Assembly: GCA_947174015.1 (NCBI GenBank)
Contig: CAMWHJ010000005.1
Span: 5,014-69,013 of the forward strand
DNA: 64,000 bases
Direction: 5' to 3'
Source of the DNA: an uncultured Lachnospiraceae bacterium
GTDB lineage: Bacteria; Bacillota; Clostridia; Lachnospirales; Lachnospiraceae
In this document: positions 56,487 to 63,825 of the stretch, piece after piece
How the letters are laid out: each line of letters starts with the position of its first letter
Position numbering within the stretch: position 1 is the stretch's first letter
The notes under the pieces: model-generated
The model's database searches: none
Told to the model about the DNA's origin: nothing
The model's input: the letters and a program-made list of their open reading frames with translations, nothing else
Program-made: the position numbers and the translations under genes

Positions 56487-56666
56487 ATGGCAGCAAAACC
56501 ATTACCACTTTCAAATGGATTCTCTGCAATTATTCACGTAGAGCAGACGGATGGAACTGTAAAAGACATTCAATCATGGGAAGAACTATCAGAGGAGTTT
56601 AAGGTACTGAACCCACAGGCATTGCGTGCAGTAGGACTTGTGCCGCATAAAGACAATGCCGGATGA
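56487..56666 (+). CDS. 59-aa hypothetical protein (below the ORF-track cutoff)
   Basis: Strong RBS AAAGGAGGGG 6 nt upstream of the ATG. Reads MAAKPLPLSNGFSAIIHVEQTDGTVKDIQSWEELSEEFKVLNPQALRAVGLVPHKDNAG. Confidence 0.4.
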   Translation: MAAKPLPLSNGFSAIIHVEQTDGTVKDIQSWEELSEEFKVLNPQALRAVGLVPHKDNAG

Positions 56667-56719
56667 TGAGAACAAAAAATAGAATGCGTTTATTGAACTG
56701 ATGGACTGAAAATTGAATA

Positions 56720-56838
56720 TTGGCTGTGCACCAGAAGCCGCACTGGGATCCTCATTGATACGATATATTTCAAATACTCCACCTCAATAATAATAGATTT
56801 GCTGCAACCTTCCGGTGCGGTGTCTAGTGCACAGCCAA
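56720..56838. repeat. Imperfect 29-bp inverted repeats flanking a 61-bp spacer
   Basis: TTGGCTGTGCACCAGAAGCCGCACTGGGA (56720-56748) versus the reverse complement of 56810-56838. The outer 12 bp are perfect, with 24 of 29 matching overall. Confidence 0.7.
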
Positions 56839-57069
56839 AGCAAAAAAGAAGAAACAAACAACAAATGGCAAGATTAACTTATAAAAACAAAAATGGAACA
56901 TGGGGACTTAACAACGGTTACGATATGCACAAAGTTCCGAAAGAGTTGTATGGAGTTCTGTGGAAATTAAAGGATTATTATAAAAGAGTGGCAGCAGGTC
57001 CTGAAAAAACGCCTCATCAAAGAAGACAGGGAACTATCAAGAATCAGTGCCGTAAAACGAACAGAAAAC

Positions 57070-57203
57070 ATAAAAGAACTGCAGGAAAACCCATAGAGCA
57101 GGTTCAGGCAATGCTAGGGCATGAGAGCATAGACACAACCCTAATCTATGCAAGAACCAACGATTCTACTGTAAAAGAAAGCCACAAACGATATTTAACA
57201 TAA
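57070..57203 (+). pseudogene. C-terminal fragment of a tyrosine recombinase/integrase
   Basis: AGKPIEQVQAMLGHESIDTTLIYARTNDSTVKESHKRY carries the LGH...TT..Y catalytic-Tyr motif. The upstream part of the same ORF (MARLTYKNKNGTWGLNNGYD...WKLKDYY) is an unrelated phage-type fragment. Confidence 0.6.
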
Positions 57204-57540
57204 GGAGGCAACAGGTGGAATTGCGTATCGACAGCAGGTAAGCTGGTTATACAACAGTTGAGGTAAAACAACATTCCAGTGTTTTACATGCACCCACAAA
57301 GCTTTTGCAGGAAAGTATATTGGAAAAGAAATTTTCCTATGAAGGATCAAAACTTTATGAAATCAATTTCCAAAACGCAAGGTGTGTGGAGGATAACAAT
57401 TTGAACAAATATGTGAATAAGAAAATGGAAAATTCGGAGCCAAGACTAAGCAGGCTTGTCGGACAGTTTCAGAAAAAAGTAGTGCGAAAACCAGAGGAGC
57501 CCAGATTGTGCAGGCAAATAATTTTTACAAAATATAAATA

Positions 57541-57571
57541 CTATATCTTAACGTAATTCAGACCACCAAAT
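57541..57571. repeat. Element/chromosome junction 2 (att half-sites): inner arm CTATATCTTAACGT, 6-nt spacer, core GACCACCAAAT
   Basis: See junction 1. Arm and core are exact matches. Confidence 0.85.
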
Positions 57572-57654
57572 TGAGATATAATAACCTGTGCCAGCTTAGG
57601 ATTGGAAGTTTTAATATTTACCGGATACTGCAATTTTTTTTCATAACTCCACAT
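57561..57654 (-). CDS. cotJC: cotJC 5-prime segment (codons 1-31 of the reconstituted gene)
   Basis: The ATG directly follows the cotJB TAA. MWSYEKKLQYPVNIKTSNPKLAQVIISQFGG is a typical CotJC N-terminus. In the integrated state it runs into the element and stops after LNYVKI. Confidence 0.9.
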
Positions 57655-57930
57655 TTAGCAATTTCCTCCTTCCCAAGGCCATGGGGATAGCACCCAATCC
57701 CATTTCGTTTGACTGTTGCCAGTAAGAGCCAGAGTCAAAGGAGTGAAACGGGTAGAATATTCTTTCATGGCTGTATTTTTCATTTCCACACATTCCTGAT
57801 AGAATTTCAAAGCCTCCATATCATCAGGATGGGTATCCAAATAGAGGGCAGTTTCCACCACCGCAAAGCTAATCATGTGAATCCAGTCAAAAAGTTGTTC
57901 ACGATTCATACGACTGCAGCTGGAATTCAT
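57655..57930 (-). CDS. cotJB: spore coat protein CotJB
   Basis: FAVVETALYLDTHPDDMEALKFYQE...WDWVLSPWPWE matches the CotJB signature. Confidence 0.9.
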   Translation of the reverse strand: MNSSCSRMNREQLFDWIHMISFAVVETALYLDTHPDDMEALKFYQECVEMKNTAMKEYSTRFTPLTLALTGNSQTKWDWVLSPWPWEGGNC

Positions 57931-58139
57931 GGGCAGGCCCTCCTTCCGATAAATGGTTTATCTAATTCGGGAAATAGAGTACCCTGCTGCAGTGCTTTGT
58001 CAAAATCGTAAATCTGATTCCATGTCTGCCAAGGTACATAAGTCATGCCAACAGGAAAATGATCGGGAAATCCTTCTCTTTTTTGATAGGGCATGCAACG
58101 TTGCTGGGGCATGGAACGGTTACATCTACAATCTGCCAT
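57927..58139 (-). CDS. cotJA: spore coat-associated protein CotJA
   Basis: GMTYVPWQTWNQIYDFDKALQQGTLFPELDKPF matches the CotJA signature. ATG 58139 lies after AAAGGA (the ORF opens at TTG 58157). Confidence 0.8.
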   Translation of the reverse strand: MADCRCNRSMPQQRCMPYQKREGFPDHFPVGMTYVPWQTWNQIYDFDKALQQGTLFPELDKPFIGRRACP

Positions 58140-58171
58140 CCAAGCAAATCCTTTCAAAGAATGTTCATAAT

Positions 58172-58198
58172 TATAGTATGCGGCTGATAAGGATATGT
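58172..58198 (-). promoter_or_regulatory. Candidate mother-cell (sigma-E/sigma-K type) promoter of cotJABC
   Basis: On the minus strand: AC, 16-nt spacer, CATACTATA. This fits sigma-K AC-N16/17-CATANNNTA, and the -10 also resembles sigma-E CATACA-T. It ends 33 nt upstream of the cotJA ATG. Confidence 0.4.
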
Positions 58199-58513
58199 GA
58201 ATGGCAAATAGCTACTTGTACAAAATTCACAAAGATAAATAAAAAGTAAAAAAAATGGAATAATGACAGTTAAGTAACTCAAAAAATAAAAACTGGTTTT
58301 TAAAAGGAAAAATTGTCCATAAAGAAACTGTCAGGAAAAAAAATAAATTTATTTACAAATGAGTGACACATGATATTTCGGTAAAAATGACGAAAAGTTT
58401 ACAAAACATTGAAAAATGAAAAAAAATATGTGCAAAATGTGAACAAAAGTGTTATACTGAGATGGAAACATATAGACGGATTTAACAAAAAATGTGAAAG
58501 GAAGGAAAAAGAT

Positions 58514-61500
58514 ATGCATAAAAGGCGCATTTTTAAGTTCTTTCGAGCTACTCTTTGTGCGACATTGGCATTGTCAATGATTTGTGGTGATTTAGGAGCC
58601 ACACTTGGCATTGCCTATGCGAAGGAATCCACCGAGATTCAGACAGTGGAAAACACAGAGGTAGAGGAAGAAGTGCGGGAGGCAGATGTGGATTCAGCAG
58701 CATCCAACTATGGTCTTGCTGAGAATACAAAGGATGGTGTGATTCTTCATGCATTTTGCTGGTCTTTCAATGTAATCAAACAAAACATGAAAGACATTGC
58801 AGAGGCAGGTTATACCACTGTGCAGACATCTCCAGCCAATGCTTGTAACGACAGTTGTCCGGGAATGAAACTATATACAGATGATAATGGAACCGGTGGC
58901 TGTTGGTGGTGGCATTATCAGCCTACAGACTGGACCATTGGAAACTATCAGTTAGGTACAAAAGAAGATTACAAAGCAATGTGTGACGAAGCGGATAAAT
59001 ATGGAATTAAGATTATTACCGACGTTATTCCAAACCATACCACACCAGATCTTCAAAGAGTTGCCTCGTCGTTAGTGGCAACCGGTGGCGGAACAGGGGC
59101 AGGACAGTTGTATCATTCCAATGGTTTCAGAGGAATTGAGAACGGTGGCGAATGGTCCTGGGGCAATCGTCTTGCATGTACCACAGGCATGATGGGCGGT
59201 CTTCCGGATGTGAATACGGAAAACCAAGCTTTTCAGGCATATTACCTAAAGTATTGTAATGATTTAATTGAAATTGGCTGTGACGGTTTTCGTTACGATA
59301 CTGCAAAGCATATCGGTGTGCCAAGTGACCCGTGTGATCCCTCAAACTCCCGTGGTGTTAATGATTTCTGGGATGTGGCTACTGGTAAAAAAGCAGTTAA
59401 TGGTGTCACTTTAAAGAATGCAGACCAGGTGTTTATCTATGGTGAGGTGCTGCAGGGTGACAATGTACCCACAGCGGAGTATGCAACCTATATGTATCAG
59501 ACTGCCAGCCATTACGGCGGAACATTGAGAGATGCCATCAAAAACAAAGACTTTAGTACAGGCAAGATATCCGATTGGTCACATACCAATCCGGGCAGAG
59601 TTGTCAGTTGGGTGGAATCTCATGATACATATTGTAATGACCATGAATCCGGCTGGATGTCAGACTGGGATATTCGGATGGCATGGGCAATTATTGCAGC
59701 ACGTAAAGACGGTGTGCCTTTATGGATGAGCCGTCCGGAGGGTTCCAACGGTAGTTCGGGAAATTACTGGGGCAACAATGTACTTGGTGCAAAAGGAAAT
59801 GACCAGTTTAAGGATCCGGAAGTAGTTGCAGTGAATTTCTTCCGCAATGCTATGGCAGGAGAGGGAGAATATTTAAGAAATCCAAACGGCAACAATCAAA
59901 TTCTTCAGATTGACAGAGGAAGCAAGGGTACTTGTATCATTAATTTAGGTGGAGAAGTGGGTAGTTTCAGCAATGAGACCACTATGGCAGACGGAACCTA
60001 TACCGATCAGGTGTCCAAAAGAGAGTTCACCGTATCCGGCGGAAGGATCAGTGGTAAGTTAGATGGCGGAAAAATTGCAGTTATCTACAATGCCGGTCCC
60101 ATAAGACAAGGGGTGAATGTAACTGCTTCCGTGGCAGACGGCAAGAGTTTTACAGAGGACAGCATGGATGTTACCTTTACTGTAACCAATGCGGTCAGTG
60201 CTACTTATTCTGTCAATGGAGGCACAGCAGAAGCCTTTACAGATAAAGTAAAGCTTACCTTAGGTGCCGGAGAAGGTTATGGAAATATTAAGGTAACCAT
60301 AACAGCTAAGAGTGAAGATGGTGAGACTACCACCAAGACATTTACTTATACCAAAAAAGAGGCAGGAAAACTGTCCAAGAATACAGTATACTTCACTAAA
60401 CCAAGCGGTTGGGGTTCACCAAAGATTTATGCGTATGTGGACGGCGCAACAGCTACAAAGCTGACTGGTGAATGGCCGGGAACAGCTATGACAGATGAAG
60501 GTGATGGTGTATATTCCTATACATTTGCAGATAGTGTAAGTGCTGCCAAGGTGATCTTTAATGATGGAACGAATCAGGATCCACAAGATACCCCGGGACA
60601 GAGTTGCGGTTTTGATTATGCTTCCGGTAAGGCATATACATATGAAGGTGGTACTTGGACGCCGGTGAATGTGCAAACAGCTACCAATACACCAAAACCA
60701 ACCAACACCACTAAGCCAACGAACACACCTACGGCACAGCCGCAGCCTACGAGGGATAATTCCAATATTTCTGTGGATTTTCCAAATGGTTCTTCCTTTC
60801 ATACGGAAACCAAGACGATTAAGATTACGGCAGCAAACAATGCAAAAGGAACCTATACAGTGGACAATGGTCCGGTGAAAGAATTTGCCGGAACAGCCAG
60901 TGTAGTAATCGGTAAAGGCAAGATTGCAGATTCTGATGTGACGGTAAAGATAACCGTAGGAAGTGAAACAGAAACCTATACATATAAAAAAGTGTTTGAT
61001 GCAGATGCAGCAGAGGCACAAATCAATGCAGCAGCAGAAGAAGAGGCAGTTGTGGCGGCTGAAAAGATAAATGCAGCAGCAGAAACAGGCGGTGTGTATG
61101 CAACCAATCCAAATGGTGGTGTAGGGAAAGAAAAAACCATTAAATCCATGGCAGATTTTGATGCAGGTTGTCTGGTAGCTCAGTCCGGTGCATGGGATGT
61201 ACCTAACACATGGAATGGAGCTCATGAAAATAGTGTGGCAGACTGCTATGGTTTATATGCCGCATGGGATGATACGAATTTGTATGTGGGTGTAGAATAT
61301 GTGAATACCACAGATACATGGCAGAGAGAAGGAGAGGCTTCTCTGATGGATAATGGAAAGATGTCTAATGTACCAGTGGCTTTGGCAATTAACGCAGGTA
61401 CAAAAACAGCTATGACAGGAAAGATGGAAGCAGCCGCTGATGATGATTATATCTGGGGACTAAAGTGTGAATTTGAAACCAGAGTGGATCATTTACTGAT

Positions 61501-63643
61501 TGGAAGTGCACAAGTTGGTTCTGGAACACCGGGCTTATTTGTGGCGAAATCAGATGGAACAGCAAGCTATGATCCGGAATATTGCTTATCCTTTAAAGAG
61601 AATGGTATCACCTATCAGGCAGAAGATGGAAGCATCTCATCTTCAATTATGCATTTAAAAGGTTCTCAGTCTGTGGATGATGCATATGACAGTTCAAAGT
61701 ATGTGGATGCCTTGACTGATGGTAACGGACATAATAGAAAGTATGATACTTTCTTTACATATACCATACCACTTAGTGTATTGGGAATTGATAAAGCAAC
61801 TTTAACGAGTAACGGAATTGGAATTATGGGACTGGCAACCAGAGGAGAGTCCTGCATGGATTCGGTACCTCATGACCCGTCTATGTTGGATAATACAATG
61901 GAAGCATATCGTGCAGGAGATAATACATCCTATGAAAAGGAAGATTTGGATGTTATCACAGTGCCATTGGCAAGTGTAGGTAAGCTGAACAGTGGAGGAG
62001 GCGGCGATATCACACCTATTGTGCGCCCCACATCTACCACGGCACCAACTACAGCACCAACCGCAGCACCTGATGGATTAGCAGTAAATTTTGGAGCAGA
62101 CCGTTCTGCACCCCAGTACAATTCCACAGCATTAACACTGGAAGCCATTGCCAATGGCGGAGCAGGAAGCTATAATTATGAATTTTTTGTAGATGATGTT
62201 TCTGTCCAAAAGGGTACAACAAGCAAATACAAATGGCAAAATAGTGCAGCAGGTGCACATACCATTAAGGTGAGTGTAACAGACAGCAAGGGCTTGTCAA
62301 AGACCATTACAAAATCCTATGATTTAGAGAATGATGGTACAGTAGTTGCCACAAACACACCAATACCGATTGTAACTGATATACCAGACAACACACCTGT
62401 TCCTACAGCTACAAACACACCGATACCTGTTGTGACACAGCCAGTGAGTCAGTTGAGGATTACAGGATTTGTGGTAAGCAGCAGTTCAGGCGGTACCCAG
62501 TGTAAGATTGGAGAACGTTTAACTTTCCGGGCATCAACCTCTGGTGCGGAGGGTACAGCACTTTATATGTTTACTTATATCCTGAACGGAGAAGAGGTGA
62601 TTGTAAAAAATTATGGAACGGAAGATACCATAAGCTTTATTGCAGAAGAAGCCGGTTCGTACAAATTTAAGGTTTATGCGGTAGATCACAACAATTTCTC
62701 CAGTTCAGAGTATGAAACCGGTCAGATTCAAGTGATGGATGATCCGAATATTACAGTGGGACCGGATGTAACAGACACTCCGATTATCACAGGTAATCCG
62801 GTAGGAACCATAACACCTACACAGGGAGGGGTGACACCGACTAAGAAGGCGACTCCAACACCAACCAAGAAGGTGACACCGACTAAGAAGGCGACTCCAA
62901 CACCAACCAAGAAGGCGACTCCGACACCAACCAAGAAGGCAACACCGAAACCAACCAAGAAACCTACGGCAGTACCTACTGGAACTGTACCAAAACCGGG
63001 TACCATTATTGTAGTGGAGAATGAAGATGCAGATTTTAAAGTACTATCTTCCAGCGGAAGCAATAAATCAGTGGAGTATACCAAATATCAGGGAGATGAG
63101 CAAGAGGTAATTATTCCATCTACCGTAACCGTTAATAATGTTAAGTACAAAGTAACTTCCGTTGCAGCTTCAGCGTTTAAAAATAATAAGAACATAAAGA
63201 CAGTGATTATCAGCAGCAATGTGAACAGTATTGGAAAATCTGCTTTCTACGGATGTACTTCCTTAAAGAAGATTACAGGTGCTTCTAATATAAAGACCAT
63301 TGATGATAAAGCATTCTATGGATGCAAATCATTGACTAGTGTGACAATGAGCTCTAAGCTTACGTCGATTGGTAAGTATGCATTTTATAAATGTACTTCC
63401 TTAAAGAAGATTACCATTCCGGCGAAAGTAAGCAAAATTGGAACAAAGGCATTCTACGGATGTAAGAATCTAAAGACCATTACAATTAAAACCACAAAGC
63501 TAACCAGCAGCAAGGTGGGAAGCAGTGCATTTAAGAACATCTATAATAAGGCAACCGTGAAGGTGCCCAAAAAGAAAGTAAGCAGCTACAAGAAACTTTT
63601 AAAGAAAAAGGGATTGAGCAGTAAAGCAAAAATAAAGAAATAG
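58514..63643 (+). CDS. Secreted multidomain GH13 alpha-amylase with starch-binding-like modules and C-terminal BspA-type leucine-rich repeats
   Basis: Signal peptide MHKRRIFKFFRATLCATLALSMICG...AYA. GH13 regions DVIPNHT, GFRYDTAKH, YGEVLQ and WVESHD. CBM25/26-like segment VYFTKPSGWGSPKIYAY...WPGTAMT. Pro/Thr/Lys linkers. LRR units IGKSAFYGCTSLKKI repeated. Lys-rich tail and no LPXTG motif. Confidence 0.9.
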   Translation: MHKRRIFKFFRATLCATLALSMICGDLGATLGIAYAKESTEIQTVENTEVEEEVREADVDSAASNYGLAENTKDGVILHAFCWSFNVIKQNMKDIAEAGYTTVQTSPANACNDSCPGMKLYTDDNGTGGCWWWHYQPTDWTIGNYQLGTKEDYKAMCDEADKYGIKIITDVIPNHTTPDLQRVASSLVATGGGTGAGQLYHSNGFRGIENGGEWSWGNRLACTTGMMGGLPDVNTENQAFQAYYLKYCNDLIEIGCDGFRYDTAKHIGVPSDPCDPSNSRGVNDFWDVATGKKAVNGVTLKNADQVFIYGEVLQGDNVPTAEYATYMYQTASHYGGTLRDAIKNKDFSTGKISDWSHTNPGRVVSWVESHDTYCNDHESGWMSDWDIRMAWAIIAARKDGVPLWMSRPEGSNGSSGNYWGNNVLGAKGNDQFKDPEVVAVNFFRNAMAGEGEYLRNPNGNNQILQIDRGSKGTCIINLGGEVGSFSNETTMADGTYTDQVSKREFTVSGGRISGKLDGGKIAVIYNAGPIRQGVNVTASVADGKSFTEDSMDVTFTVTNAVSATYSVNGGTAEAFTDKVKLTLGAGEGYGNIKVTITAKSEDGETTTKTFTYTKKEAGKLSKNTVYFTKPSGWGSPKIYAYVDGATATKLTGEWPGTAMTDEGDGVYSYTFADSVSAAKVIFNDGTNQDPQDTPGQSCGFDYASGKAYTYEGGTWTPVNVQTATNTPKPTNTTKPTNTPTAQPQPTRDNSNISVDFPNGSSFHTETKTIKITAANNAKGTYTVDNGPVKEFAGTASVVIGKGKIADSDVTVKITVGSETETYTYKKVFDADAAEAQINAAAEEEAVVAAEKINAAAETGGVYATNPNGGVGKEKTIKSMADFDAGCLVAQSGAWDVPNTWNGAHENSVADCYGLYAAWDDTNLYVGVEYVNTTDTWQREGEASLMDNGKMSNVPVALAINAGTKTAMTGKMEAAADDDYIWGLKCEFETRVDHLLIGSAQVGSGTPGLFVAKSDGTASYDPEYCLSFKENGITYQAEDGSISSSIMHLKGSQSVDDAYDSSKYVDALTDGNGHNRKYDTFFTYTIPLSVLGIDKATLTSNGIGIMGLATRGESCMDSVPHDPSMLDNTMEAYRAGDNTSYEKEDLDVITVPLASVGKLNSGGGGDITPIVRPTSTTAPTTAPTAAPDGLAVNFGADRSAPQYNSTALTLEAIANGGAGSYNYEFFVDDVSVQKGTTSKYKWQNSAAGAHTIKVSVTDSKGLSKTITKSYDLENDGTVVATNTPIPIVTDIPDNTPVPTATNTPIPVVTQPVSQLRITGFVVSSSSGGTQCKIGERLTFRASTSGAEGTALYMFTYILNGEEVIVKNYGTEDTISFIAEEAGSYKFKVYAVDHNNFSSSEYETGQIQVMDDPNITVGPDVTDTPIITGNPVGTITPTQGGVTPTKKATPTPTKKVTPTKKATPTPTKKATPTPTKKATPKPTKKPTAVPTGTVPKPGTIIVVENEDADFKVLSSSGSNKSVEYTKYQGDEQEVIIPSTVTVNNVKYKVTSVAASAFKNNKNIKTVIISSNVNSIGKSAFYGCTSLKKITGASNIKTIDDKAFYGCKSLTSVTMSSKLTSIGKYAFYKCTSLKKITIPAKVSKIGTKAFYGCKNLKTITIKTTKLTSSKVGSSAFKNIYNKATVKVPKKKVSSYKKLLKKKGLSSKAKIKK
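62831..62962 (+). repeat. In-frame tandem repeats (2 x 42 bp, then 2 x 24 bp) encoding the (TPTKKA) linker
   Basis: GTGACACCGACTAAGAAGGCGACTCCAACACCAACCAAGAAG is duplicated exactly (62831-62872 and 62873-62914), followed by shorter related units. Confidence 0.9.
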
Positions 63644-63653
63644 GATTGTTAAA

Positions 63654-63690
63654 ATTGCCGATGTTTAAAAGCATCGGCAATTTCTATTTG
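63654..63690 (+). terminator. Rho-independent terminator after the amylase gene
   Basis: ATTGCCGATG and CATCGGCAAT form a 10-bp stem with an 8-nt loop, followed by TTCTATTT. Confidence 0.7.
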
Positions 63691-63825
63691 GATTATTATT
63701 GTGCATTTTTTACAAAAATCGAAAAAAAAAATCGCAAAATACAGAAAGTAGGTGCAAAATACGAAGAAGTGTTGTATAATATATTTGTAACAAACTCTTA
63801 ATTATTTCCAAAGGAGGGAAAAGAA

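Larger units (their letters stand above)
51824..57571 (-). mobile_element. cotJC-intervening element: 5.7-kb degenerate integrated element bounded by 11-bp direct repeats, with a large serine recombinase at one end
   Basis: GACCACCAAAT occurs at 51824-51834 and 57561-57571. There are 14-bp inverted arms just inside each copy. The recombinase gene ends 74 bp inside the left junction. The cargo is TA modules and gene fragments. Confidence 0.85.

Noticed and set aside
56799-57203. 134-aa ORF taken as an intact gene
   Set aside because: It is a chimera. Only the last 45 or so residues look like a tyrosine recombinase C-terminus, and the N-terminal 40 or so residues look like a truncated phage protein. 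It has a TTG start and no RBS. I treat it as remnants.
57305-57556. 83-aa + strand ORF next to the right junction
   Set aside because: It has a TTG start, no RBS and no recognisable domain, and it runs into the att arm. The evidence is not enough to call a gene.
60416-61225. 269-aa ORF on the minus strand inside the amylase gene
   Set aside because: It is antisense to a well-supported GH13 multidomain ORF. The translation is Cys/Ile/Arg-rich nonsense typical of the shadow frame of a Thr/Ala/Gly-rich gene.
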